NCBI GenBank assembly: GCA_963829105.1
Contig: CAWHHF010000023.1
Coordinates: 12,844 to 76,843, forward strand
From: an uncultured Chloroflexia bacterium
GTDB taxonomy: Bacteria; Chloroflexota; Limnocylindria; Limnocylindrales; CSP1-4
Length of the DNA stretch: 64,000 nucleotides
Reading direction: 5' to 3'
The notes under the pieces are model-generated. The model was given only the letters and a program-made list of their open reading frames with translations. It searched no databases and was not told the origin of the DNA. The position numbers and the translations under genes are program-made. Of the stretch, positions 22,654-31,887 are shown in pieces (position 1 is the first letter of the stretch; every line of letters begins with the position of its first letter).

Positions 22654-23490
22654 TCAGAGGGTGGCCGTGCCGGCCGCGATCAGCGCGATCGCGAGCACCG
22701 TCAGCGCGATCCCCAGCAGGTGGCTGCGCGTGACGCGCTCCCTCAGGAAGGTGACCGCGAGCAGCACGGTCATCACCGGGTAGAGCGACGCGAGCACGGC
22801 CGCGATCGCCAGCATGCCCGTCTGCGTGGCCAGGATGAAGGCCGCGTTGCCCGCCATGTCCAGCAGCCCGATCGCCACGACCTTCGGGACGATCGCGCGG
22901 TCCAGGCGGTACGGCTGGCGCCAGGCGACGATGAGCACGCCCAGGATCAGGGTCTGGAGCAGCCGGATCACGACCAGTGGCCCGAACGCCCCGGCGGGAG
23001 AGATCTGGCCGATGCAGACGTTGAACACGCCGATCGCCACCCCGGCCGTGAGCGCCCAGCGGATGCCGGACGGCCGGCCGTCGCCGTGGCCCGGCGCCCG
23101 CGTGACGAGGACTACGGCCGCCAGCGCGAACGCGATCCCGAGCAGCGCGGACGCGGGCGGCAGGCCCTCGGTGCCGAGCCCCACGACCACGGGGATCACC
23201 GCCCCCACGACGCCCGTGGTCGGGGCGACGACCCCCATCCGTCCGACGGCGAGGCCGCGGTACAGCGCCGTCATGCCGATGACGCCCGCGACCCCGGTCG
23301 CCAGCGACCAGAGGAGGTCCGGGCCCTGCGGGACCGGCTCGTGGCGAGCGATTCCCAGCGCGAGCGCGGCGGCCATGCCCACCAGCTGCGTGACGGCCAC
23401 GACGCCGAACAGCGGCGCCCGGCGGCTCAGCAGGCCTCCGCCGAAGTCCCCGGTCCCCCAGGTGATCGCGGACACGATGCCCAGCAGCAC
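22654..23490 (-). CDS. EamA/DMT-family transporter
   Basis: 278 aa with about 10 hydrophobic segments and a two-fold EamA-like architecture. Confidence 0.8.
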   Translation of the reverse strand: MLLGIVSAITWGTGDFGGGLLSRRAPLFGVVAVTQLVGMAAALALGIARHEPVPQGPDLLWSLATGVAGVIGMTALYRGLAVGRMGVVAPTTGVVGAVIPVVVGLGTEGLPPASALLGIAFALAAVVLVTRAPGHGDGRPSGIRWALTAGVAIGVFNVCIGQISPAGAFGPLVVIRLLQTLILGVLIVAWRQPYRLDRAIVPKVVAIGLLDMAGNAAFILATQTGMLAIAAVLASLYPVMTVLLAVTFLRERVTRSHLLGIALTVLAIALIAAGTATL

Positions 23491-23512
23491 GACCGCGAGA
23501 CCCGGCCCGGCC

Positions 23513-25705
23513 TCAGGCAGGCGGCACCCCTTCGGCCTGCACCCCGGTGTCCGCGGCCGCCGGTCCCGCCAGCTCCACGACGCTGTCGGCGAGGTGGTCG
23601 TAACGGTCCGACGTGGTGAGGTAGATCACCTGGAAGTCCGTGGCGAGCTCCCGCAGCAGCCCCAGGGCCAGCGAGGCCCGCGTGTCGTCGAGGGTCACGA
23701 ACGGGTCGTCCAGGACGAGGGGCGGACGCCGGTCGCCCGTCACCAGGCGCACGAGCCCGAGGCGCGCGGCCAGGTAGACGATGTCGAGGGTGCCCTGGGA
23801 CAGGTCCGTGACCGGCACCCAGTCGTTGCGCTCAGGGGCGAAGACCTCGATCCCGAGGTTCGTGTCGTCGACACGGACGCGCCGGTACCGGCCGCCGGTG
23901 ATCCTCGCGATATCCCCGACCATGTGCCGCTCGAGGTACCGGGTGGCCCGCTGCATCGTCGCCTGCTCGGCCGCGTTGATCTCCTCGAGCGTCCGGGCGT
24001 ACACACGCTCCCGCCGCACGAGCGCGGCCAGCTCCTCGGACCACGAGGCGAGGCGTTCGGCGAGACCGGCCACCTCCTCGGCATCGACGGGGTTCTGCTC
24101 GACGCGGGCACGGGCGGCCGCCTCATCATCGCGGGCGCGCTCCAGCGACCGCTCCGCGTCCGCGACCTCCACCTCGAGGCGCTCGCGCGCCCGCGGCTCA
24201 CGGGCGATCGGGCCGAGGGCCTCGAGCGCCCCGGTCTTCTGCTCGATCTCCAGGGCGGCCGTGTCGCGACGGCCGGGCAGGACGTCGAGCGGCTCGTCGC
24301 CGATGAGCCCGCCCAGGCGCGCCCGGCGCTGGTCGATCTCGGCGACGTGCGCCTCCTCCAGGCGCAGGCGCTCCTCGGCCTCGGCGGTGCCCGGCAGCTC
24401 CAGGCGGGCGAGCAGCTCCTCGCGCCTGGCCCGGGCGCCGCGCAGCTCGTCCTCGATCTCGGAGCGGCCCCGCAGGCGGCGGTTGACCTCCTCCTCGCGG
24501 AGCTGCTTCTGCATCGTGTCGCCGCGGCGGAGCCAGATGGCCACCGCGGCCAGGATCAGCCCGGGCACGACGGCCACGACGCCGAGGATGACGGCCAGCG
24601 TGCGGGCGCTCTCGGAGAGGACGCCCAGGGCGACGAGCAGGGTCCCGATCGCGGCGAGGGCGACACCCAGGACGACGAGGCCGACGGCCGCACGCGAGAG
24701 CGGCCGCCAGCGGACCTCGGGCGCCACCTCGAAGCTCACCTGGACCTCGCCCGCGAGCATCGCCTCCAGCGTCCCGATCTGCGTGTCGGCCGCGCGCAGG
24801 CGCTCGACGTCCGTGCGCAGGATCGGCAGCGGGACGGGCGAGGGGTGGGTCCGGTCGAGCTCCTCCACCTCGTCGCGGAGGATGACGGCGGCCCGGTAGC
24901 GATCGAACCGCTCGCGGGCCGCGTCCCTGTCCGAGATGAGCCGCTCCGCCTGGCGAGCCTTCTCCAGCAGGGAGCGCCGCTCGGTGATGGCCTTGTCCGC
25001 CTCGGAACGGCGCTCGCGGGCCACGGACAGGGCGTCGCGATCGCGCTCGAGACGGGCCATGGCCTCCTCGCCCGCCCGGAGCCGGGCCGCCGTCTCCGCG
25101 ACGGCATCCTCGGCGACCTTGAGGCGCCCCGGGTTCTTCGCCCCCCTGGCCTGGAGACCCTGGAGCGCGCGGTCGAGCTTCTTGCGAGCCTGGCTGGTGC
25201 CGCGGTCGGCGCCGCTGATCGACGCCTGGAGCCGGTCCCGGAGCGCGCCCTCGTCGCGCTGGAGGCCGGCCAGCTCGTGGTGGCGAACCGATGCCGTGGA
25301 CCGGAAGAAGCCCTCGGTGGGGACGCCGGACAGGGCCGCCAGCTCATCGTCGGCGCGGGCCGGGTCGGTGATGACCTCGCCGCCGACCTCCAGGCGGACC
25401 TGGCCGCGCGCGCCACGGAACGACTTCTCGAGACGGCCTTCGTAGACGGCGCCGTCCTCGTCCTCGTAGCTGAACGTCATGGCGATGGCGGTCCGCGCCT
25501 CGGGATCCTCGCCCCATGGGGCGAGGCTCTCGATGTCGGCTGCGGCGCTGGTCACCCTGCGGGTCAGCGCGAGCTCGATGGCACGCTGGAGGGTGGACTT
25601 GCCGGCCTCGTTGGGGCCCCGGACGACCGTCAGGCCCGGCGCGAGGTCCAGGTCCGCCTCGCGGTACCGGCGCAGGTTCCGGAGGGAGAGGTGCGTGATC
25701 CTCAC
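23513..25705 (-). CDS. SMC/SbcC-like AAA ATPase with a central transmembrane hairpin (YhaN/SbcE-like)
   Basis: The GTG start overlaps the upstream stop (GTGA). Walker A is GPNEAGKST, followed by long coiled coils. The C-terminal signature is LSQGTLDIVYLAARLGL and Walker B is PPLVLDDPF. Two hydrophobic helices (AAVGLVVLGVALAAIGTLLVALGVL / LAVILGVVAVVPGLILAAVAIWL) sit mid-protein. Confidence 0.8.
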   Translation of the reverse strand: MRITHLSLRNLRRYREADLDLAPGLTVVRGPNEAGKSTLQRAIELALTRRVTSAAADIESLAPWGEDPEARTAIAMTFSYEDEDGAVYEGRLEKSFRGARGQVRLEVGGEVITDPARADDELAALSGVPTEGFFRSTASVRHHELAGLQRDEGALRDRLQASISGADRGTSQARKKLDRALQGLQARGAKNPGRLKVAEDAVAETAARLRAGEEAMARLERDRDALSVARERRSEADKAITERRSLLEKARQAERLISDRDAARERFDRYRAAVILRDEVEELDRTHPSPVPLPILRTDVERLRAADTQIGTLEAMLAGEVQVSFEVAPEVRWRPLSRAAVGLVVLGVALAAIGTLLVALGVLSESARTLAVILGVVAVVPGLILAAVAIWLRRGDTMQKQLREEEVNRRLRGRSEIEDELRGARARREELLARLELPGTAEAEERLRLEEAHVAEIDQRRARLGGLIGDEPLDVLPGRRDTAALEIEQKTGALEALGPIAREPRARERLEVEVADAERSLERARDDEAAARARVEQNPVDAEEVAGLAERLASWSEELAALVRRERVYARTLEEINAAEQATMQRATRYLERHMVGDIARITGGRYRRVRVDDTNLGIEVFAPERNDWVPVTDLSQGTLDIVYLAARLGLVRLVTGDRRPPLVLDDPFVTLDDTRASLALGLLRELATDFQVIYLTTSDRYDHLADSVVELAGPAAADTGVQAEGVPPA

Positions 25706-26877
25706 AGCGTCACCTCGTGGCCGGCCAGCAGCAGGCGGCCGAGCCGCAGCACGTCCCGCAGCTCGCCGGCCTCCAGCGCTGCGGGGTCGCCGCCCGAGGC
25801 CTCCAGGGCCGCGATTCGACCCTGGACACTGCGGATGAACGCGCCGGAGATGGTCTCGGCGGGAGGCAGGGCGCCCTCGCTGAGCGCCGGCCGGCTGAGG
25901 TCCCGCACGCGCACCCGGAGGAAGCTGGCGCCCAGGGCTCCCTCCACCTCCGCCGGCTCGACATCCAGGTCGTCTCGCCGGACCCCGATCAGCCGGACGT
26001 CCAGCACCAGGTCCGGGTCGGCCGACGCGAGCAGGCCCGCGACCAGCGCCGCCTGGGACTCGATCGTCGCCGCGTCGATCTCCCGGCGCTCGAAGGTCGT
26101 CCGGCCCACGGTCCGCTTCTCCACCGTCACGACCTTCCGGCCGTTGCGGCTGTCGAGCGTCACGAGGAGCACCTTGCCGGCCCGGTCCTGGTCCACTGCG
26201 ACCGGCTCCGGGGCGCCGGCGTAGGCGTACGTCACGTCGCGGACCTTCGCGGTCTGCGCCGAGTGCCAGTGGCCGAGCGCGAGGTAGTCCAGGCCGCTCG
26301 CCGCGATCTCGTCCGTGGTGACGACGACCTCGTCGCCGTCCGTGCGGCCGGGGATCGCGATGGAGGCGTGCAGGAGGCCGATCCTCCACGTGGCAGGCGG
26401 TGTCTGCACGGCGGCCAGCTCCCGCAGCGGGCTGTGCGGGGCCCGCTTCGTCGCGAACACCGGGCCGTGCACGACGGTGTCGATGGCGGCGAGGTGGATC
26501 CACGGGTGGTCGGGGGTGAGCACCGTGACCAGGTCCTGGGCCGGGAGCGTGCCGGCAAGGGCGGCGAAGTCGTAGGCCCGGTACACCGACGAGCGGTCGT
26601 ACACGTCGTGGGTGCCCGGGATGATCACCGTCCGGATGCGGGCCCGTGCGAGGCGGGCGAGCTCCGCCGCCACGCGATCCACCGACCGCCGGGGCTGGGT
26701 GTTGGAGTCGAACAGGTCCCCGGCGACCAGGAACAGGTCCACCTTCTCGGCCAGGGCCACGTCCACGCTGGCCCGGAACGCGGCGAACTGGCGCTCGCGT
26801 TGGGCGGCAGCCGCGGGGCCCAGGTCCGCGTGGCGGGCACCGAGGTGGATGTCCGCGGTGTGGAGGAGTCGCAGCAT
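25702..26877 (-). CDS. SbcD/Mre11-like metallophosphoesterase exonuclease (YhaO-like)
   Basis: MLRLLHTADIHLGARH...LFLVAGDLFD...IIPGTHD...LGHWH calcineurin-like motifs. Start at the ATG at 26877. Confidence 0.85.
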   Translation of the reverse strand: MLRLLHTADIHLGARHADLGPAAAAQRERQFAAFRASVDVALAEKVDLFLVAGDLFDSNTQPRRSVDRVAAELARLARARIRTVIIPGTHDVYDRSSVYRAYDFAALAGTLPAQDLVTVLTPDHPWIHLAAIDTVVHGPVFATKRAPHSPLRELAAVQTPPATWRIGLLHASIAIPGRTDGDEVVVTTDEIAASGLDYLALGHWHSAQTAKVRDVTYAYAGAPEPVAVDQDRAGKVLLVTLDSRNGRKVVTVEKRTVGRTTFERREIDAATIESQAALVAGLLASADPDLVLDVRLIGVRRDDLDVEPAEVEGALGASFLRVRVRDLSRPALSEGALPPAETISGAFIRSVQGRIAALEASGGDPAALEAGELRDVLRLGRLLLAGHEVTL

Positions 26878-27401
26878 GCGGTGATCAGCCTCCCTGTCCC
26901 GCGCCCCGGCCGGCGCAGGCCGGGTCACGTGCGTGCGATGGCGCCGGCCTCGGGCGGGTGGCACCCGCGTTCGGCCGACCGGGACCCGCGTGCCGACCGG
27001 GTCCCGCGAGCAGCCGCACCGCACCCATCACCGCCACCCGATCGCTCGCGATCATGACAGCACCGAAGGGCCGGGCCGGTCGCTCCCGGGACCCGGTTGC
27101 GACCCGGGCGCCCCCATCGCTCCCGGCTCGCAACGCTGAGCCTCGAGGGTCATTGTGACAGGTCGGCTGTCACCGCCGGACCCCCGCCGGACCCCCTCGG
27201 ATGCGGCTGCCGTGCATCCTGTCGGGAACCCGGTGTAGGCTGACCCGACCGAACCACCGGTGCGCCCCGATCTGGGACTACGAACACGGCACCCATGGTC
27301 GCGCGGCCCCGGCTGACTCCCCGTCGCGATCGCCGACCACGGGCGCTGCCCGGCCGGCCTCGCACCCACAGCGTCCTCGAGCGACCGGGAGGAGCCGCAC
27401 C

Positions 27402-27767
27402 ATGATCTACGTCGACCGGACCCTCACCTGCGTGGACTGCGGCGTGGAGTTCGTCCACTCGGCGGCCGACCAGGAGTACTACGCCGCGCAGGGGTTCACC
27501 TCGGACCCCAAGCGCTGTGCCTCGTGCCGGGCCTACCGGCGGACCACGCGGGACGGCACGGGCGCCGGGGGCGGTCCGGGCGCCGGTGACGGCGGCCGGG
27601 TCGTGGGCGGCCCGCGAGGCTACGAGCGCCCGGAGGACCGCGGACCGCGCGAGTACTTCGTCGCGATCTGCTCGTCCTGCGGGAACCAGGCCCAGGTGCC
27701 GTTCAAGCCGCGCATGGACAAGCCCGTCTACTGCTCGGACTGCTTCCGGGCGGTCAAGCCGGACTGA
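27402..27767 (+). CDS. Zinc-ribbon protein with two CxxC-x(n)-CxxC units (CxxC-x17-CxxC type)
   Basis: 121 aa. The first unit is CVDCGVEFVHSAADQEYYAAQGFTSDPKRCASC and the second is CSSCGNQAQVPFKPRMDKPVYCSDC, separated by a Gly/Arg-rich linker. GGGAGGAG is the ribosome-binding site. Confidence 0.7.
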   Translation: MIYVDRTLTCVDCGVEFVHSAADQEYYAAQGFTSDPKRCASCRAYRRTTRDGTGAGGGPGAGDGGRVVGGPRGYERPEDRGPREYFVAICSSCGNQAQVPFKPRMDKPVYCSDCFRAVKPD

Positions 27768-27821
27768 CCCGCGCGCCCCTCCCACTTGGGCAGGCTCGGG
27801 GCAGATCCCGCCGCGAGCGTG

Positions 27822-27893
27822 GGCTGGACTCGCCTCATCGGCTGGACTCGCCTCATCGGCTGGGCTCGCCCCATCGGCTGGACTCGCCCCATC
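27822..27893. repeat. 4 x 18 bp intergenic tandem repeat
   Basis: ggctggactcgcctcatc x2, then ggctgggctcgccccatc, then ggctggactcgccccatc. Confidence 0.9.
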
Positions 27894-27935
27894 GGGCGCC
27901 CGGCAGCAGATCTGCTGCTCGGCGACCCTGGCGCC

Positions 27936-28658
27936 TCACAGCCGGAACGCGTCGCCCCTCCGGAACCGCTCCCGGTGCCGTCCGCGCCACACCGTCACCC
28001 GGCCCCGGCCGTGCACCTGCCAGGTCCCGTCGCGCCCGAGCGCCGCCGTCTCCTCGTCGATCCCGAGGACCACGCTCCCCCGCGGCGACTGCAGCGCCAC
28101 CGACGCGGAGAACGGCTCCGGCCAGGCGTTGTAGTGGGGCAGCACCGCCACCCCGTCGACCAGCCCGAGTCCCGCCCGCCAGCGGATCGGGAACGGCAGC
28201 GGGATCCGCAGCCTGGGCACGGACCTGAAGCCCATCGTCAGGCCCACGATCGCCATCGCGCCCGCGGAGCAGCCCGCGATGACGGCGCCGCGCGAGTTCG
28301 CCGCCACGATCGCAGCGCCCAGGGGCGAGCCCAGGAGCACCCGCGCCAGGTGCTGCGGATTGCCGCCCGAGAGATAGACCAGATCGGCCTCGCCCACGGC
28401 CTGCAGGGCCGCCGCATCCCGGCCGGCGGCGACGTCCCGCACGAGGACCGGCTCGACCTCCGCGCCGAGGGCCGCGAAATGCTCCGTGCCCATCTCGGCC
28501 CAGACCTGGAACGTGGCCTCGCCGTCGGGCGCGGCGGCGGTGGGCAGGATCACGACGCGAGGTCGCAGCCGCCCCGTGGCCTCGAGCAGACCGCGGTCGA
28601 ACTCGGCCATCGGGGCAAGGAACTCACCGGCGCCGACGAGCGCCACGGGTCCGGGCAT
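27936..28658 (-). CDS. Peptidase S51 / class I glutamine-amidotransferase-like protein (cyanophycinase/dipeptidase E fold)
   Basis: VVILPTAAAPDG...ADLVYLSGGNPQHL...GAVIAGCSAGAMA fits the S51-type nucleophile context. Confidence 0.6.
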   Translation of the reverse strand: MPGPVALVGAGEFLAPMAEFDRGLLEATGRLRPRVVILPTAAAPDGEATFQVWAEMGTEHFAALGAEVEPVLVRDVAAGRDAAALQAVGEADLVYLSGGNPQHLARVLLGSPLGAAIVAANSRGAVIAGCSAGAMAIVGLTMGFRSVPRLRIPLPFPIRWRAGLGLVDGVAVLPHYNAWPEPFSASVALQSPRGSVVLGIDEETAALGRDGTWQVHGRGRVTVWRGRHRERFRRGDAFRL

Positions 28659-28805
28659 CGGCTGCAGTCTAGTGCAGGTCCCCGATGGAGGACCCGGGAC
28701 GCCATCGGGCACGACGCCCGGGAACGTCATCGTCGTCGACCAGCGAACTGGGTGCCACGCGCCAGCCCGGCAACACCCCGATGAAAGGCGAGACGATGCG
28801 CCGGA

Positions 28806-29360
28806 TCAACCTCGGCGCGGAACCCGGAACGGACCCCCGTGGCCCGGGATCACGATGTCGGCCACCGAGAGCACTCGTGCCCGGCCGGCCTCGATCGCCG
28901 CCTGGTCCGCGCCCAGCGGGTCCACGTCGGGCGTGCGGTCCTCGCGCCACCAGAGGTGCGTCATCGCGTAGACGGCGTCGTCCGCGTCCACGACCAGCGT
29001 CGCGTCCTCCTCGGTATGGCCCGGCGTCAGCCACAGCTGGGTCTTCGGGGACAGACGGTAGCCGTCGCCGTCATGGTCCAGCCACAGGTCGTCCCTGTAG
29101 CGGGCCCAGAAGTCGACGACCTCGGCGTTCGGGAACAGCGCGATGTTGAGGGTGTGGTCCGGGTGGTGATGGGAGAGGAAGACGTGGGTGACGGCCTCCG
29201 GCGCGACGCCCAGCCCGGCGAGCGGCTCCAGCATGAGCGATCGCCGCGCAACCATCCCGGGGTCCACGACGATCAGCGCGTCCGCGTCGCGGACGAGGAC
29301 GATGGACGAGCCCACGCGATCGCCCGCGTAGCCGGCGTGGAGCAGGTGGACGGTCGTCAC
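28806..29360 (-). CDS. MBL-fold metallo-hydrolase
   Basis: LIVVDPG...VFLSHHHPDH motif. 184 aa. Confidence 0.8.
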   Translation of the reverse strand: MTTVHLLHAGYAGDRVGSSIVLVRDADALIVVDPGMVARRSLMLEPLAGLGVAPEAVTHVFLSHHHPDHTLNIALFPNAEVVDFWARYRDDLWLDHDGDGYRLSPKTQLWLTPGHTEEDATLVVDADDAVYAMTHLWWREDRTPDVDPLGADQAAIEAGRARVLSVADIVIPGHGGPFRVPRRG

Positions 29361-29406
29361 CGGTGCAGCCTACAGCGGGCGCTGCCATGAGACCCCGCCC
29401 CGGGGT

Positions 29407-29946
29407 TCATGCCGAGAGCTCTCGCTCGTACCTGACCTCGTCCAGCTCGCCGCCCGGGCGCACCTCCGTCTTCGCCGCGCCATCCGCCCGCCAGCCCGCG
29501 ATCTCGTAGAAGCGTCGGGCGCGGGCGTTCGAGTCGAGCACCCACAGCGACGCGCGCGTGAAGCCCTGCTCCGCGAGATCGTGGACGGCGCGCGCGAGGA
29601 GCGACCGCCCGGCACCCCGCCCGGCGAACTCGGGAAGGACGTAGAGCGCACTGACCTCGCCGGTCCCGGGGGTGGCATCCGCGTCGCGGCTGGGGTTCGT
29701 CAACGCGAAGCCCACGATCCTCGACCGGTGCATCGCCACCCACGTCGTGACTGTCGACCCGTCGCTGGCGATCTGGAGCCGCCGGCGCTCGCGCCGCTCG
29801 TCCTGCGTGGCGGCGAAGTCGTCGAGGACCCCGTCTGGGATCAGCCCGCGGTAGAACGCCTGCCACGAGCGAAGGTGGAGGTCGCAGATCGAGTCCACGT
29901 CCTCGACCGTCGCACGACGGATCACGAGATCTGCCACGTCAGCCAT
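29407..29946 (-). CDS. GNAT-family N-acetyltransferase
   Basis: IVGFA...LYVLPEFAGRGAGRSLLARAV...RARRFYEIAGW is the acetyl-CoA binding motif A. Start at MADVADL. Confidence 0.85.
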   Translation of the reverse strand: MADVADLVIRRATVEDVDSICDLHLRSWQAFYRGLIPDGVLDDFAATQDERRERRRLQIASDGSTVTTWVAMHRSRIVGFALTNPSRDADATPGTGEVSALYVLPEFAGRGAGRSLLARAVHDLAEQGFTRASLWVLDSNARARRFYEIAGWRADGAAKTEVRPGGELDEVRYERELSA

Positions 29947-30049
29947 GAGCCGGACTATCCGCCACCGGTGAGCCGGGTGCAACTGACCAGAGCTCGACTC
30001 CGGGAGGCGGCCCGTGGAACGCCCCGGCGCACGCGAAGCAGGCGGTGGC

Positions 30050-31711
30050 ATGCTCCGGGCGATGACCCATGCCGATCACGCCGATCTCGTCCTGACCGGG
30101 GGCCGCATCTTCACCGCCGATGCCGCGAAGACGTGGGCTGAGGCGCTCGCCGTGAAGGGCGGCCGGATCGTCGCGGTTGGCGGCGACCGCGACGTGCGGA
30201 GCCGCATCGGCCCGGGCACGCGCCACGTGGAGCTGCACGGCCGGACCGTCACGCCCGGCTTCCAGGACGCACATGTCCACCCGACCCACGGCGGGCTCGC
30301 GCGCCTCCGCTGCGAGCTCCACGACACCCGCGGCACAGAGGCATGCCTCGAGGTCGTCGCCGCCTATGCCGCGACCCACCCGGACGTGCCCTGGATCCAG
30401 GGCGGCGGCTGGACGCTCCCCGACTTCCCCGGCGGCCTGCCCCGCCGCGAGGACCTCGACCGCATCGTGGGGGACCGGCCCGTGTTCCTGGTCAACCGCG
30501 ACGGCCACGACGCATGGGTCAACTCGAACGCGCTCGAGATCGCCGGCATCACCCGGGACACCCCGGACCCCCGCGACGGCCGGATTGCTCGCGACCCGGA
30601 CGGAATCCCGATGGGCACCCTCCACGAGGGTGCGATGGAGCTCGTGAACCGCCACGTCCCGCCGACGACGGCAGCGGACCTCCGGCGCGCCATCCTGGAG
30701 AGCCAGCGGTTCCTCCACTCGCTGGGCATCACGGCCTGGCAGGACGCGTGGCTCACCCCAGCCGACCAGGGCGCCTACGTGGACCTTGCCGCGTCGGGCG
30801 AGCTGACAGCGCGCGTCGTCGGTGCCCTGTGGTGGGATCGCGATCGCGGCCTGGAGCAGATCGACGACCTGGTCGAGCGCCGCGCGAACGGGCGCGCCGG
30901 CCGGTTCGCCGCGACCAGCGTCAAGCTCATGACCGACGGCATCGTCGAGAACCAGACCGCCTCGATGACCCAGCCTTACCTCGACGTCCACGGCCAGGCC
31001 ACCGACAACCGGGGCATGGACTTCATCGACCCGCAGGTCCTCCGCGAGGCCGTCGTCCGCATCGACGCCCTCGGGTTCCAGCCCCACTTCCACGCCCTCG
31101 GCGACCGTGCCGTCCGCCAGGCGCTGGACGCGGTCGAGGCGGCGCGGCGGGCCAACGGCTGGTCCGACACGCGGCCCCATCTCGCCCACCTCCAGGTCGT
31201 GCACCCGGACGACCTCGCGCGGTTCCGCCAGCTCGGTGCCCTCGCCAACGCCCAGCCGTACTGGGCCGTCCTCGAGGACCAGATGGAGGAGCTGACGCTC
31301 CCGGTCCTCGGCCCGGAGGTCGCCGAGCGACAGTACCCGTTCCGCTCGCTGCGGGCGAACGGCGCGACGCTGGTCATGGGCTCCGACTGGAGCGTCTCGA
31401 CGCCGGATCCGTTCCTCCAGATGGAGGTCGCCGTCACCCGCGTCCACGACGGGTCCCGCGGCCTGCGGGAGCCGTTCCTGCCGCACGAGCGCCTGGAGCT
31501 CGTGGACATCCTGACCGCTGCCACGGCCGGGTCTGCCTACGCGAACCACCTCGACGAGACGGGCACGCTGGCGGTGGGGAAGCTCGCCGACCTCGCGATC
31601 CTGGACCGCGACCTGTTCGACCCGGGCGGGGGCGCGATCGGCGAGACGGCGGTGCTGGCGACGTTCATCGATGGGGTCGCGGTCCACGAGATCCCGGGCC
31701 TGGACGGGTAG
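30050..31711 (+). CDS. Amidohydrolase-family metallo-hydrolase (YtcJ-like)
   Basis: ADLVLTGGRIFT...GRTVTPGFQDAHVHP...GFQPHFHALGDRAV...GSDWSV motifs. Confidence 0.85.
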   Translation: MLRAMTHADHADLVLTGGRIFTADAAKTWAEALAVKGGRIVAVGGDRDVRSRIGPGTRHVELHGRTVTPGFQDAHVHPTHGGLARLRCELHDTRGTEACLEVVAAYAATHPDVPWIQGGGWTLPDFPGGLPRREDLDRIVGDRPVFLVNRDGHDAWVNSNALEIAGITRDTPDPRDGRIARDPDGIPMGTLHEGAMELVNRHVPPTTAADLRRAILESQRFLHSLGITAWQDAWLTPADQGAYVDLAASGELTARVVGALWWDRDRGLEQIDDLVERRANGRAGRFAATSVKLMTDGIVENQTASMTQPYLDVHGQATDNRGMDFIDPQVLREAVVRIDALGFQPHFHALGDRAVRQALDAVEAARRANGWSDTRPHLAHLQVVHPDDLARFRQLGALANAQPYWAVLEDQMEELTLPVLGPEVAERQYPFRSLRANGATLVMGSDWSVSTPDPFLQMEVAVTRVHDGSRGLREPFLPHERLELVDILTAATAGSAYANHLDETGTLAVGKLADLAILDRDLFDPGGGAIGETAVLATFIDGVAVHEIPGLDG

Positions 31712-31743
31712 CCGGCCGCGGCTGGGATGGTCAGCCTGCGACG

Positions 31744-31887
31744 GACCCAGGGCGAGGGCACGCCCTCCGCAGCGGCCGCCCTCGCCAGATCCCGGTCGAA
31801 CGTCGCCAGCTCCCCGTCGACGTCGATCGCGAGCCAGAGGTACGTGGCGTCGTACACCGACAGCCGGTGGCGATCGGCCGGTGTCAA
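31744..31887 (-). pseudogene. Possible C-terminal remnant of a PIN-domain (VapC-like) toxin
   Basis: The first ~45 codons of ORF 31537..31887 read LSVYDATYLWLAIDVDGELATFDRDLARAAAAEGV. This is the typical last helix region of PIN toxins (D-x-x-Y/H-L-x-LA...L-x-T-x-D). No N-terminal PIN part is present upstream. Confidence 0.35.

Noticed and set aside
22814-26224. 1136 aa plus-strand ORF antisense to the DMT transporter and the SbcC-like ATPase
   Set aside because: It has no motifs and an extreme Arg/Ala/Pro/Ser bias. The minus-strand genes have clear Walker and EamA features.
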